A program made the position numbers and the translations under genes. From contig CBDCSU010000006.1 of the NCBI GenBank assembly GCA_965221775.1, forward strand, positions 2,496,001-2,560,000: a stretch of 64,000 nt of DNA, read 5' to 3'. Under the pieces are notes generated by a model. The model was not told the origin of the DNA. It did not search any database and saw only the letters and a list, made by a program, of their open reading frames with translations. Source of the stretch: Candidatus Latescibacterota bacterium (GTDB lineage: Bacteria; Latescibacterota; UBA2968; UBA8231). Shown here in pieces: positions 26,639 through 36,820 of this stretch (position 1 is the stretch's first letter; each line of letters opens with the position of its first letter).

Positions 26639-27742
26639 ATGGCCGACAAGATCCGGGTCGGGGTCCTCTTCGGCGGCCGCTCCGCCGAGCACGAGGTCTC
26701 CGTCACCTCGGCGCGCTCGGTGCTGGAGTCGATCGACCGGGAGAAGTACGAGGTCACCATGATCGGCATCGACCGCGACGGCCGCTGGCTGGCCGCCGGC
26801 GACGCCACGGCCCTGCTCGCCGCGGGCCGGGTGGGGGGCGAGGGCCTCAAGCCCGTGGCCCTCGACTATCCGGGCGGCGATCTGGTCATGCAGAACGGCA
26901 CCGCCGGCACGCAGGCGTTGGACGTCATCTTCCCCATCCTCCACGGCCCCTACGGCGAGGACGGCACCGTGCAGGGCCTGATGGAGCTGGCCGGCGTCGC
27001 CTACGTGGGATCCGGCGTCCTCGGCTCGGCGGTGGGCATGGACAAGGACATGATGAAGCGGGTCTTCCAGGCCGAGGGCTTCGACCAGGTGGAGTACGCC
27101 CCGGTGTTGCGCAGCCGCTGGCGCGCCGAGCCGGAGGCGGTGCGCCGGGAGCTGGAGGAGAGGCTCGGCTACCCGATGTTCGTCAAGCCCGCCAACCTCG
27201 GCTCCAGCGTCGGCATCTCCAGGGCGCGGGATGCCGACGAGCTGACCGCCGGCATGGACGAGGCGGCGCGCTACGACCGCAAGCTCGTCGTCGAGGCCGA
27301 GGCCGCCGACTGCCGCGAGGTGGAGGTCTCGGTCCTCGGGAACGAGGAGCCCCAAGTCTCGGTGACGGGGGAGATCGTGCCCGGCAACGAGTTCTACGAC
27401 TACCGCGCCAAGTACCTCGACGACAACTCGGAACTCATCATCCCGGCGCGCATCGGCCCCGGGACCCAGGAGCGGGTGCGGGACCTGGGGCGGCGGGCCT
27501 TCCTGGCGGTGGAGGCCGCCGGCCTGGCGCGGGTGGACTTCTTCGTCAGCCGCGGCGAGGAGGAGCGCGTCTACGTGAACGAGATCAACACCATGCCCGG
27601 GTTCACCCCCATCAGCATGTACCCCAAGCTGTGGGAGGCCAGCGGCGTCAGCTATGCCGAGCTGATCGACCGCCTGATCCAGCTGGCCCTCGAGCGCCAC
27701 CGCGACCGCCGCGACACCTCCACCGACCGGGGGCTGCCGTGA
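26639..27742 (+). CDS. ddl: D-alanine--D-alanine ligase
   Basis: FGGRSAEHEVS, LHGPYGEDG, FVKPANLGSSVGI, FYDYRAKY, NEINTMPGFT. Confidence 0.96.
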   Translation: MADKIRVGVLFGGRSAEHEVSVTSARSVLESIDREKYEVTMIGIDRDGRWLAAGDATALLAAGRVGGEGLKPVALDYPGGDLVMQNGTAGTQALDVIFPILHGPYGEDGTVQGLMELAGVAYVGSGVLGSAVGMDKDMMKRVFQAEGFDQVEYAPVLRSRWRAEPEAVRRELEERLGYPMFVKPANLGSSVGISRARDADELTAGMDEAARYDRKLVVEAEAADCREVEVSVLGNEEPQVSVTGEIVPGNEFYDYRAKYLDDNSELIIPARIGPGTQERVRDLGRRAFLAVEAAGLARVDFFVSRGEEERVYVNEINTMPGFTPISMYPKLWEASGVSYAELIDRLIQLALERHRDRRDTSTDRGLP

Positions 27743-28563
27743 GCGAGGGTCCCGCGCCCGCGGCGGCGGCGGAGATCCCGGGCCTCTCCGGAGAAGACCC
27801 CGGCTTCTGGACCAAGGGGAAGATCTCCAACGGCTGCTCTCTGTTGCTGCTGCTGGCGGGCCTGGGTCTCTCCGCGGCGGCTGGAGCCCCCGCCTGGCTG
27901 GCGGCGGCCGCTCCCTGGGCGCTGGCGGCCGGGCTCTTCGGGTTTGCCGGCGGCATCACCAACTGGCTGGCGGTGAAGATGCTCTTCGACCGCGTGCCCG
28001 GCCTCTACGGGTCGGGGGTGATCCCCAACCGCTTCCGCGAGATCCGCGCCACCATCAAGACGCTGATCATGACCCACTTCTTCGAGGAGGACTACCTGCG
28101 CCGGTTCTTCGAGGAGCGCGGGTTCGGCGGCCAGGCCCCGCGCCTGGGGGAGGCGATGCGGGCCCTGCTCGACACGGAGGAGGCCGACCGGGCCATCGAG
28201 GCGGAGCTGGAGAGCCTGAAGCAGGGCCCCATGGGCATGATGATCGGCATGGCCGGCCCGGACGCGGTCAAGCTCCTGGCGCGTCAGTTCGTCGGGGCGC
28301 TGATCGACCGTCTGGCCCCCATGGTGGAGGAGCGCCTGCGGGCCGACCCGGCGGCCGGGATCCCGGCCCTGCGGGCGCAGGTCGACGCGCTGCTGGAGGC
28401 CAAGCTCGAGGAGCTGACGCCCGCCGTCGTCAAGGAGATGATGGAGCAGGTCATGCGCCGCCACCTCGGCTGGCTGATCGTCTGGGGAAATGTCTTTGGA
28501 GGTCTGATCGGGCTGCTGTCGAGGGCGGTGGCTGCGGGCTGGGGCCTGCGGGGGGTGCCGTGA
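27739..28563 (+). CDS. DUF445 family membrane protein
   Basis: GGITNWLAVKMLF, GSGVIP, HLGWLIVWGNVFGGLIG. Confidence 0.85.
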   Translation: MSEGPAPAAAAEIPGLSGEDPGFWTKGKISNGCSLLLLLAGLGLSAAAGAPAWLAAAAPWALAAGLFGFAGGITNWLAVKMLFDRVPGLYGSGVIPNRFREIRATIKTLIMTHFFEEDYLRRFFEERGFGGQAPRLGEAMRALLDTEEADRAIEAELESLKQGPMGMMIGMAGPDAVKLLARQFVGALIDRLAPMVEERLRADPAAGIPALRAQVDALLEAKLEELTPAVVKEMMEQVMRRHLGWLIVWGNVFGGLIGLLSRAVAAGWGLRGVP

Positions 28564-28662
28564 CCTGACGATCTGCGCCCATCCGTAGAGCTGGTGCCAA
28601 CACCCCAGGGCAGAACTGGAATCAGCGCGGTGAGGGCCGGCGACCTGCCCTATTTTATCGAC

Positions 28663-28953
28663 ATGGACACCACCGCCCTGCTCCGCGAGAAGCGCAGTTC
28701 CATACTGGAGGTCGCCAGCCGTCACGGGGCCCGCAACGTCCGGGTTTTCGGCTCGGCCTCCCGGGGGGATGACAGACAGGAGAGCGACATCGACTTCCTG
28801 GTCGATCTTGATCGCGACCGGAGTCTGCTCGACCTGGCCGAACTGGTCGCGGACCTGGGCGATCTGCTCGGCCGGCCGGTGGACATCGCCATCGAGGACA
28901 ACCTGCATCGCCTGCTGAGACAGCGGATTCTCAAGGAGGCGCGGCCTCTGTGA
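28663..28953 (+). CDS. Minimal nucleotidyltransferase antitoxin (MntA family)
   Basis: VRVFGSASRGDDRQESDIDFLVD, LLGRPVD. Confidence 0.9.
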   Translation: MDTTALLREKRSSILEVASRHGARNVRVFGSASRGDDRQESDIDFLVDLDRDRSLLDLAELVADLGDLLGRPVDIAIEDNLHRLLRQRILKEARPL

Positions 28954-29273
28954 CCAGGGATGCCAAGGTCTACCTCTTGCAGATCCAGGAGGCGGTCAAT
29001 CGCATCAGGCGCTACACCGAGGGCGGCCGGGAGAGTTTCCTGGCGGACTCGATGGTTCAGGACGCAGTCCTGCGCAACCTGGAGGTGATCGGAGAGGCGA
29101 CAAAGCGGATCCCTGACGATTTCCGGAAGGCACATCCCGGTGTACGCTGGCGGGGTATGGCGGGCCTCCAAGACCTTGAACGGGTGTGGGCGGTGATCGA
29201 GAAGGATCTACGCGAGGTCTTTGACCAGCTACTCGCCCTGACAGGTCCCCATACATCCCAAGGCGACGAGTAA
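28950..29273 (+). pseudogene. HepT/DUF86 HEPN toxin lacking the RX4H motif
   Basis: QDAVLRNLEVIGEATKRIP and HPGVRWRGMAGL are present, followed directly by QDLERVW; the catalytic segment is missing. Confidence 0.8.
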
Positions 29274-29289
29274 CGGCGGTCCAGATCGA

Positions 29290-30093
29290 GTGGAACGCTT
29301 CCGCCTCGACGGGCAGGTCGCCGTGGTCATCGGCGGCACCGGGGCTCTCGGCGGCGCCATGGCCCGCGGCCTGGCCGAGGCCGGGGCGGCGGTGGCCGTG
29401 GCCGGACGCGACGAGGGCCGCGGCGGGCGGGTCGTGGCCGACATCGAGGCCGCCGGAGGACAGGCCGCCTTCATTCCCTGCGACGCGGGTTCCCGGGAGC
29501 GGCTGGCCGAGGCGCGGGATCTCGTGCGGGAGCGGCTCGGCGAGCCGGCGGTCCTCGTCAACGCCGCCGGCGGCAATCAGCCCGCCGTCACCCTGAGCGA
29601 GCAGCTCCGCTTCGAGGACGTGGACCTGCAGGCCTGGCGGGACTGCCTCGACCTCAACCTGTCCGCCGGGGTGCTGCTGCCGTGCCAGGTCTTCGGACCG
29701 CCCATGAGGGCCGCCGGCCGCGGCTCGATCGTCAACATCGCATCCATCAGCGCCCACGTGCCCCTGTCGCGGGTGGTGGCCTACTCGGCGGCCAAGGCGG
29801 CCGTCCTCAACCTGACGCGGTTCCTGGCCCGCGAGTGGGCGCCGGCGGTGCGGGTCAACTCGATCACGCCCGGTTTCTTCCCCGGCGAGCAGAACCGCCG
29901 GCTGCTGTTCCGGGAGGACGGGGAGCCCACCGAGCGCGGGCGCCAGATCCTGGAGCACACGCCCATGGGGCGCTTCGGCGATCCGTCGGAACTCGTGGGC
30001 GCGGCGGTCTTCCTGGCCTCCCACGAGGCCAGCTCCTTCGTCACCGGCGCCGACCTGTGCGTCGACGGCGGCTTCCTGAGCATGGCTCTGTAG
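29290..30093 (+). CDS. SDR oxidoreductase (UxuB/gluconate 5-dehydrogenase-like)
   Basis: GGTGALG, NAAGGN, YSAAK, RVNSITPGFFPGEQNR, HTPMGRFG, VDGGF. Confidence 0.88.
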   Translation: MERFRLDGQVAVVIGGTGALGGAMARGLAEAGAAVAVAGRDEGRGGRVVADIEAAGGQAAFIPCDAGSRERLAEARDLVRERLGEPAVLVNAAGGNQPAVTLSEQLRFEDVDLQAWRDCLDLNLSAGVLLPCQVFGPPMRAAGRGSIVNIASISAHVPLSRVVAYSAAKAAVLNLTRFLAREWAPAVRVNSITPGFFPGEQNRRLLFREDGEPTERGRQILEHTPMGRFGDPSELVGAAVFLASHEASSFVTGADLCVDGGFLSMAL

Positions 30094-30124
30094 GCCCGGG
30101 GCGCCGGCCCCGGATGGATCTTCT

Positions 30125-31399
30125 TCAGGTGAAGAGCAGCTTGAAGTAGTACAGGGGGCTGGTCAGTTCCTTCTTCGGCACGGCGTTGGCCATCATGCCG
30201 CAGATGTGCTCGGAGACCTTCGGAGAGCGCGCCCCCTTGCCGATGACGAAGTTGAGCAGCGGCCGCACGCGGCCCATGCGCTGCATCTGGTAGCTCACCT
30301 TCAGCTCGGGGCCGAGGGCCTCCCAGAGGCGGTCCTCGTAGCGGCCCAGGACGGCCGCCGAGGTGTCGCCTTCGTCCACGGCCTCGCGGCAGACCTCGGC
30401 GGCGATGCGGGACGAGTACAGGGCGTTGCCGATGCCCTCGCCGGTGAAGGGGTCGATCAGGCTGGCGGCGTCGCCCAGCAGCAGGAAGCCGTCGCCGTGG
30501 CAGGGGCGCCGGCGGCTGCCCACGGGCAGGTTCCAGCCCACGGGCCGCTCCAACCGCCGGGCCTCGGCGAAGCGCTCGGCGAAGGGCGGCCGGCCGATGA
30601 CCTGCTCCAGGGCGGCCTTCAGGTCGACGCCCCGGCGCTTCATCTCCGAGTGCACCATGCCGATACCGATGTTGGCGCCGCCGTTCTCCAGGGGGAAGAT
30701 CCAGAAGTACCCGGGCCGGACCTCGTCGACGAAGTGCAGCTCGATCTCGTCGGTGGTGCCGGTCACGCCCTCGTAGTAGCAGCGCAGGGCGACCACCCAG
30801 TGCGGGGGATCGTGGGCATAGAGGCCGGCGCGTCTGGCGACGATGGAATTGAAGCCGTCGCAGCCGAGGACGACGCGGGCCGTCAGGGTCTCCTCGGGGC
30901 CGCGGTGGCCGTTGCCGTTGCCTGAGCCCCCGGTCCGATGGCCGCGCACGCCGACGACGCGGCCATCGTTGCTGCGCACCAGGTCCTTGACGGCGAATCC
31001 CTCCCGCACCTCGATGCCCCGGGCGCGGGCCTCGCGCACCAGGAAGTGGTCGAAGACGCGGCGGCGGATCACGTAGCCGCGCAGCGGCAGCTCGCGGCCG
31101 GTGAGGGGGTCGTGGTGGCGGCGGTCGCGCAGGTCGACGCTGAGGCCGACGTGCTCGGGGCTGGCCATGAGGACGCGGTTGATCTCGCTGCCCTCCAGGG
31201 CCGCCGTGCCCTCCAGGAGTCCCAGCTCGTCGAGGACGGAGAGGGCCTTCCCGGACAGCGCGTCGCCGCAGATCTTGTCGCGCGGGAAGGTGTCGCGGTC
31301 GACGACGATCGAGGTCAGGCCCTGGCGGGCGGCGTACATGGCGGCGGCGGTCCCCGCCGGGCCGGCGCCGACGATGAGCAGGTCGCAGTCAGCTTGCAT
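30125..31399 (-). CDS. Geranylgeranyl reductase family flavoprotein
   Basis: VGAGPAG, FPRDKICGD, GYFWIFP, LLGDAASLIDPFTGEGIGNA. Confidence 0.9.
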   Translation of the reverse strand: MQADCDLLIVGAGPAGTAAAMYAARQGLTSIVVDRDTFPRDKICGDALSGKALSVLDELGLLEGTAALEGSEINRVLMASPEHVGLSVDLRDRRHHDPLTGRELPLRGYVIRRRVFDHFLVREARARGIEVREGFAVKDLVRSNDGRVVGVRGHRTGGSGNGNGHRGPEETLTARVVLGCDGFNSIVARRAGLYAHDPPHWVVALRCYYEGVTGTTDEIELHFVDEVRPGYFWIFPLENGGANIGIGMVHSEMKRRGVDLKAALEQVIGRPPFAERFAEARRLERPVGWNLPVGSRRRPCHGDGFLLLGDAASLIDPFTGEGIGNALYSSRIAAEVCREAVDEGDTSAAVLGRYEDRLWEALGPELKVSYQMQRMGRVRPLLNFVIGKGARSPKVSEHICGMMANAVPKKELTSPLYYFKLLFT

Positions 31400-31499
31400 G
31401 GCGGCAGGAAGATACGGGCGCCGCCGGGGACCGGCCAAAGGCCGCCTTGCCCCGGCCGGGGGCGGCCGTAGATTCTCACGTTTCCCAAAGGAACGGACG

Positions 31500-33722
31500 A
31501 TGACCGAACATCACACCACCAGCGAAGAGGACGCCCAGGTCGAGGAGCGGGCCTTCCAGACCGAGGTTCAGCAGGTCCTGCAGATCCTCGTCCACTCCCT
31601 CTACACCGACAAGGACGTCTTCCTGAGGGAGCTGGTCTCCAACGCCTCCGACGCCCTCGACAAGATCCGCTTCCGCTCCCTCACCGATCAGGGCATCGTC
31701 GACCCCGACGCCGAGCTCGAGATCGACATCAGCGTCGACAAGAGCGCCAACAAGCTGACCATCCGCGACACCGGCATCGGCATGAGCCGGGACGAGGTGA
31801 ACCGCAACATCGGCACCATCGCCCACTCCGGGTCGCGGGAGTTCCTCGAGCGCGTGTCGGCCGAGCAGGACGAGGAGCAGCGGTTGAAGCTGATCGGCCA
31901 GTTCGGCGTCGGCTTCTACTCGGTCTTCATGATCGCCGAGCGCGTCGTCCTCACCACGCGGTCCGCCGATCCCGACGCCGAGGCGGTGGTCTGGGAGTCC
32001 ACCGGCGACGGCAGCTACACCGTCGCCACGACCCGCGACAAGACCAGCCGCGGCACCGAGATCCAGATCTTCGTGCGCTCCGACTGCGAGGAGTACCTCG
32101 ACGCCCATCGCCTCGAGGCGGTCGTGCGCCGGCACTCCGACTACGTGGCGTACCCCATCAAGGTGGCGGGCAAGCAGGCGAACGAGGCCTCGGCCCTGTG
32201 GGCGCGCCCCCGCAGCGAGATCACGGAGGAGCAGTACAAGGAGTTCTACCAGCACCTCTCCGGCGACCACCAGGAGCCGCTGGTGTGGGAGCACGTGGCC
32301 GTCGACGTGCCGATCCAGTTCTACGCCGTCCTCTACGTGCCGCGGCAGTCGCCGCTGGAGCTGCTGTTCTCGCCCGATCCCAAGGTGCGCGTCAACCTGC
32401 ACGTGAAGCGCGTCTTCATCCAGGACGACTGCGAGGTCCTGCCCCTGTACCTGCGCTTCGTGCGCGGCGTCGTCGACTGCGACGACCTGCCGCTGAACGT
32501 GGCCCGCGAGTCCCTGCAGAACAACCCGGTGGTCACCAAGATCCGGCAGACCCTGACGCGGCGGGTCCTGTCCTGCATCGAAGGTCTCGCGGACCGGGAT
32601 CCGGCGGCCTTCCTGACCTTCTGGGAGTCCTTCGGCATCGTCCTCAAGGAGGGGGTGGCCCGCGACTTCGAGCACCGCGAGCAGGTGGGCAAGCTGCTGC
32701 GCTTCTACTCCTCCTTCTCGGAGAAGCTGGCCGACGACGGCCACGCTGGGGAGGCGCAGGCCGAGGAAGCGGGCCAGGAGTCCGCAGCGGAGTCGGAAGC
32801 CGGTGGGGCGGCCCGGGAAGCCGGCGCGGCCGGGGAAGCCGCCACGGAGACGGAGGCCGGGGAGACAGGCCAGGAGGCTGAGGCGGAGGCAGACGCCAGG
32901 GAGGCGGGTCAGGAAGCCGCCGCGGAAGCAGCCGCCGGGGAGGCGGCCCCGGAGGCCGGCGGCACCGAGTCGGACGCCGGTGACGGCGCCGAGAGCGCCG
33001 AGGAGAAAACCCGCACGCCCCAGACCGAAGGCCTCGTCGCCCTGCAGGACTACGTGGACCGCATGAAGTCGGACCAGGAGAAGATCTTCTACCTCAGCGG
33101 CGACAGCCGGGCGGCGGTCGAGCAGAGCCCCCTGCTGGAGGCGTTCCGGCGCCACGACCTGGAGGTCCTCTATCTCACCGACCCGGTGGACGAGTGGGTG
33201 GTGGGCTCGATGCAGGACTTCGACGGCAAGCCCTTCCAGGCGATCGACGCCGAGGACGTGGAGCTGCCCGAGGAGGTCAAGCTCGAAGGGACCGAGGACG
33301 CCGGCGACAAGGAGCGCACCATCGAGCTGGTGAGCTACCTGAAGAAGGAGCTGGGTGAGCGGGTGGGCGACGTGCGGGAGTCGAGCCGGCTGAGCGACAG
33401 CCCCTGCGCCCTGGTGACGCCCAGGGGGGGCGTGAGCCAGCAGATGGAGCGGCTCATGCGCATCAGCGACGAGAGCTTCCCCCTCACCAAGCGGACCCTC
33501 GAGATCAACCCGGGGCACGCGGCGATCCGCAACATGGGTCAGCTGCTCAGCGCCCAGCGCGACTCGGAGGAGCTGAAATCTTGGGCCCACTTCCTCGTCG
33601 ACTACGTGCTCCTCGCCGAGGGCCAGGTGGAGGACCCCCAGCGGGTGATGGGGCAGATCCAGAAGATGATGGGCGCCGCCAGCGAGGCGGCCCTCTCGGC
33701 GCGCCAGCAGGAGGACTCGTGA
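31500..33722 (+). CDS. htpG: Molecular chaperone HtpG (Hsp90) with acidic insertion
   Basis: HSLYTDKDVFLRELVSNASDALDK, RDTGIGM, IGQFGVGFYS, RGVVD..DLPLNVARE, LEINP. Confidence 0.96.
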   Translation: MTEHHTTSEEDAQVEERAFQTEVQQVLQILVHSLYTDKDVFLRELVSNASDALDKIRFRSLTDQGIVDPDAELEIDISVDKSANKLTIRDTGIGMSRDEVNRNIGTIAHSGSREFLERVSAEQDEEQRLKLIGQFGVGFYSVFMIAERVVLTTRSADPDAEAVVWESTGDGSYTVATTRDKTSRGTEIQIFVRSDCEEYLDAHRLEAVVRRHSDYVAYPIKVAGKQANEASALWARPRSEITEEQYKEFYQHLSGDHQEPLVWEHVAVDVPIQFYAVLYVPRQSPLELLFSPDPKVRVNLHVKRVFIQDDCEVLPLYLRFVRGVVDCDDLPLNVARESLQNNPVVTKIRQTLTRRVLSCIEGLADRDPAAFLTFWESFGIVLKEGVARDFEHREQVGKLLRFYSSFSEKLADDGHAGEAQAEEAGQESAAESEAGGAAREAGAAGEAATETEAGETGQEAEAEADAREAGQEAAAEAAAGEAAPEAGGTESDAGDGAESAEEKTRTPQTEGLVALQDYVDRMKSDQEKIFYLSGDSRAAVEQSPLLEAFRRHDLEVLYLTDPVDEWVVGSMQDFDGKPFQAIDAEDVELPEEVKLEGTEDAGDKERTIELVSYLKKELGERVGDVRESSRLSDSPCALVTPRGGVSQQMERLMRISDESFPLTKRTLEINPGHAAIRNMGQLLSAQRDSEELKSWAHFLVDYVLLAEGQVEDPQRVMGQIQKMMGAASEAALSARQQEDS
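32725..33030 (+). repeat. Glu/Ala-rich imperfect repeat insertion within htpG
   Basis: EAQAEEAGQESAAESEAGGAAREAG (32751) and EADAREAGQEAAAEAAAGEAAPEAG (32886), 135 nt apart. Confidence 0.75.
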
Positions 33723-35065
33723 GCACGGCGGCCCAAGCCCCCGCCGACCTGCGCGGACTCGCCATGGAGGCGCGGGAAGCGGCCCGCAAGTTGGCGGCCA
33801 CTCCCGGTCACGTGCGCGACGCCGGCCTGGAGGCGATCGCCCGGGCCCTGGAGGCCGAGCGCGAGGCGATGCTGGAGGCCAACGCCGCCGACCGCCGGGA
33901 CGCGCAGGAGCTGGCCGCCCGGGGCGAGCTGGCCGATCCGCTGGTCTCGCGCCTGGACCTGGCCTCGGGCAAGTACGAGCGCGCCGTCGAGAGCGTCCGC
34001 AGCGTCGCCGCCCTGGAGGACCCCCTGTGGCGGACCCAGCGCGCCACCGAGGTCGACGACGGGCTGCGGCTCTTCAAGGTGAGCGTGCCCATCGGCGTCC
34101 TCGGCGTGATCTTCGAGTCGCGGCCCGACGCCCTGGTGCAGATCGCCGCCCTCTGCCTGAAGTCGGGCAACGCCGTCCTCATGAAAGGCGGCTCCGAGGC
34201 GGCGCGGTCCAACCGCGCCCTGGCCGACCTCATCGTGCGCGCCACCGCGTCCGTCGAGGGCCTTCCCGAGGGCTGGCTCACCCTGCTGGAGACGCGCGGG
34301 GACGTGCGCTCCATGCTCGACCAGGACGACGCCATCGACCTGATCATCCCCCGCGGCAGCAACGACTTCGTGCGCTACATCATGGACAACACGAAGATCC
34401 CCGTCACCGGCCACTCCGACGGCGTCTGCCACGTGTACGTCGACGCCGCCGCCGATCTCGACAAGGCGCTGAAGGTGGCGGTGGACGCCAAGGTGCAGGA
34501 CGTCTCCACCTGCTGCACCGCCGAGACCCTGCTGGTCCACGCCGGCGTGGCCGAGGACTTCCTCGGGACGGCGCTGCGCCGGCTGGCCGAGGCCAAGGTG
34601 GAACTGCGCGGCGACCCCCGCACCCGCAGGATCGCCGGCGACGGCCGGGTGGGGGCGGCCTCGGAGGAGGACTGGAGCGCCGAGTACCTCGACTACATCC
34701 TGGCGGTGAAGGTGGTGGACGGCCTGGAGGAGGCGGTGGACCACATCAACCGCTACGGCAGCGCCCACACCGACACGATCGTCACCGAGGACCGGGCGGC
34801 GGCGGTGCGCTTCCTGCAGGGAGTGGACTCGGCGTCGGTCTTCGTGAACGCCTCGACGCGCTTCGCCGACGGCTTCCGCTTCGGCCTGGGCGCCGAGGTC
34901 GGCATCAGCACCGGCCGCCTGCACAGCCGCGGCCCGGTGGGGTTGGAGGGACTGACCACCTACAAGTACCTGATGGAGGGAGAGGGCCACACCGTGGGTT
35001 ACTACGAGGGAGACCAGCCGAGGCCGTACGCGCACCGGCGCATCGTGGAGGAGTGGAAGGCATGA
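33719..35065 (+). CDS. proA: Gamma-glutamyl phosphate reductase
   Basis: VPIGVLGVIFESRP, LKSGNAVLMKGGSEA, IIPRG, NASTRFADG, GLGAEVGIST, RGPVGLEGL. Confidence 0.95.
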   Translation: MSTAAQAPADLRGLAMEAREAARKLAATPGHVRDAGLEAIARALEAEREAMLEANAADRRDAQELAARGELADPLVSRLDLASGKYERAVESVRSVAALEDPLWRTQRATEVDDGLRLFKVSVPIGVLGVIFESRPDALVQIAALCLKSGNAVLMKGGSEAARSNRALADLIVRATASVEGLPEGWLTLLETRGDVRSMLDQDDAIDLIIPRGSNDFVRYIMDNTKIPVTGHSDGVCHVYVDAAADLDKALKVAVDAKVQDVSTCCTAETLLVHAGVAEDFLGTALRRLAEAKVELRGDPRTRRIAGDGRVGAASEEDWSAEYLDYILAVKVVDGLEEAVDHINRYGSAHTDTIVTEDRAAAVRFLQGVDSASVFVNASTRFADGFRFGLGAEVGISTGRLHSRGPVGLEGLTTYKYLMEGEGHTVGYYEGDQPRPYAHRRIVEEWKA

Positions 35066-35418
35066 GCGAGCAGACGGACAGCACCATCCGGCGTCACATC
35101 TTCCTGTGCGCCACGCCGACGAAGCCGAAGTGCCACAGCGACGGCACCGGCGAGGAGTGCTGGGACTACCTGAAGAACCGCCTCCGCGAGCTGGGCTACG
35201 GCGATCCCACCTCCGGGATCCACCGCAGCAAGGCGGACTGCCTGCGGGTCTGCGAGCGCGGGCCCACGGTGCTGGTCTACCCCGAGCAGACCTGGTACCA
35301 CTCGATGACGGTGGAGAAGCTGGAGCGCATCATCACCGAGCACCTCATCGGCGGCAAGGTGGTGGAGGAGTACGTGAACGAGGTGCCCTTCCGGCAGATC
35401 GAGGCCGAGAAGGGCTGA
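35062..35418 (+). CDS. Thioredoxin-like [2Fe-2S] ferredoxin
   Basis: RHIFLC..KPKC, KADCLRVCERGPTVLVYPEQTWY, EHLIGG. Confidence 0.9.
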   Translation: MSEQTDSTIRRHIFLCATPTKPKCHSDGTGEECWDYLKNRLRELGYGDPTSGIHRSKADCLRVCERGPTVLVYPEQTWYHSMTVEKLERIITEHLIGGKVVEEYVNEVPFRQIEAEKG

Positions 35419-35440
35419 CGCCGTCGCAGCCGCCGGCGCC

Positions 35441-36628
35441 TCACCCGCCGAGGTGCCGGCCGAACCAGGCCAGGGCCTCGGCCTGGATCTCCGCGTCGTA
35501 GCAGTGGTCCTTGTCGGGCCGGTAGTCGCGGAAGCGATCCCCGAGGCCCGCCCACTCGTACCCCGCCCGGATCTGGCGCGCGGCGTCGGCCTGGCCCTCC
35601 ACCGGGAACAGCTCGTCCCGCCGCCCCGAGACCACCATGGCGGCCCCCGGCGCCGCCATGACCGTCAGGTCCGGCACGTCGAGGCGGTCCCACACCCCCG
35701 GCAGCAGGCAGAAGGTGCCGATGGCGCCGTCCACGTTGTAGACCTGCTGGTAGTCCCCGGTCGTCATCCAGCCCACGCTCACCGACGCCTTGATGCGTCC
35801 GTCCAGGGCGGCGAGCAGGTTCGTGCGCCAACCGCCGCCTGACAGGCCGGTGCAGCCGATCCGGTCTCCGTCCACCTCCGGCCGCGAGAGCAGGTAGTCG
35901 ACGCAGCGGCTGTCGTCCCAGTAGTTGACACCCATCCACGTGGTGCCCGCCCAGTTCAGCTGCCTCACGCCGAGGTAGAGGGCCTGCCGCACCCGGCCGT
36001 CCAGATCCTCGTACTCCTCCGCGTTCAGGTCGAAGGGATCGTAGCTGGCGGGGATGCCGAGGCCGCCGGCGTCCAAACCCCGGGGGGCGCGCTCGCCGAA
36101 GTGCCAGGCGTCTACCACGATCACCGCGTACCCGGCGGCGGCGAAGACCTCGGCCAGGTAGCGCCCGCCGTAGTACTTGCGCCGGTGCTCCACCAGCACG
36201 GGATGGTCGCGGCCGCTGTTGACGATGCGGTCCTTGCCGAAGAGCATGGGCCCGCCCCAGGCGTGGAGCACCACCAGCCCGGGCAGGGGGCCGGGTCTAT
36301 CCGCCGGCCGCAGGAAGTACCCGCGGAGGCGGCTCCAGGGGGTGGCCGTGAAGGCGACGCGCTCCACGATCAGGCCGTCCCGCTCCTCCGAGTCGAGCAC
36401 CTCCGGGCGCAGGTCCGCCGGCCCGGGATCGCAGTGGAGGCCTTGCAGCAGACAGCCCCGGGCCTGCTCCCGCCAGACCTCGAAGGAGCCGCCGGGGTGG
36501 CGGGCCCGCCAGCGTTCGGCGTTCAGGTCGAGGGGGCGGTGGGCGCGGATGCGCCGCACCGGCTCCTCGAGGCTGCCGTAGTCGCCGTGAGCCGGGCGGG
36601 AGAGGGGCAGGTCGCCGAAGCGGGTCAT
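35441..36628 (-). CDS. Alpha/beta hydrolase (dienelactone hydrolase-like)
   Basis: PGLVVLH, FGER, RCVDYLLSRPEVD, GCTGLSGGG nucleophile, D and H (DELF, DHC). Confidence 0.85.
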   Translation of the reverse strand: MTRFGDLPLSRPAHGDYGSLEEPVRRIRAHRPLDLNAERWRARHPGGSFEVWREQARGCLLQGLHCDPGPADLRPEVLDSEERDGLIVERVAFTATPWSRLRGYFLRPADRPGPLPGLVVLHAWGGPMLFGKDRIVNSGRDHPVLVEHRRKYYGGRYLAEVFAAAGYAVIVVDAWHFGERAPRGLDAGGLGIPASYDPFDLNAEEYEDLDGRVRQALYLGVRQLNWAGTTWMGVNYWDDSRCVDYLLSRPEVDGDRIGCTGLSGGGWRTNLLAALDGRIKASVSVGWMTTGDYQQVYNVDGAIGTFCLLPGVWDRLDVPDLTVMAAPGAAMVVSGRRDELFPVEGQADAARQIRAGYEWAGLGDRFRDYRPDKDHCYDAEIQAEALAWFGRHLGG

Positions 36629-36691
36629 GGGGTGATCTCCTGCGGGCGGCTGGGGGCCTGCTGCGATGGTCTCGTCGAAGCCGCGGTTCTT

Positions 36692-36820
36692 GTGCTGATC
36701 GCGAGCATCGGGCGCATCCAACTCTGCGGAGAGAAGGGACCGGACGAGGCGCCGCTAGTTCCGGTGCTGATCGCGGGCATCGGCTGCATCGAGAATCGGC
36801 AGGGTTGCCCCGACGAGGCG
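36692..36820. repeat. Intergenic imperfect direct repeat, about 70-nt period
   Basis: GTGCTGATCGCGAGCATCGGGCGCATC (36692) and GTGCTGATCGCGGGCATCGGCTGCATC (36764); each is followed by GACGAGGCG. Confidence 0.7.

Noticed and set aside
36692-36820. Possible mini CRISPR array
   Set aside because: Only two imperfect copies, partly similar spacers and no cas genes
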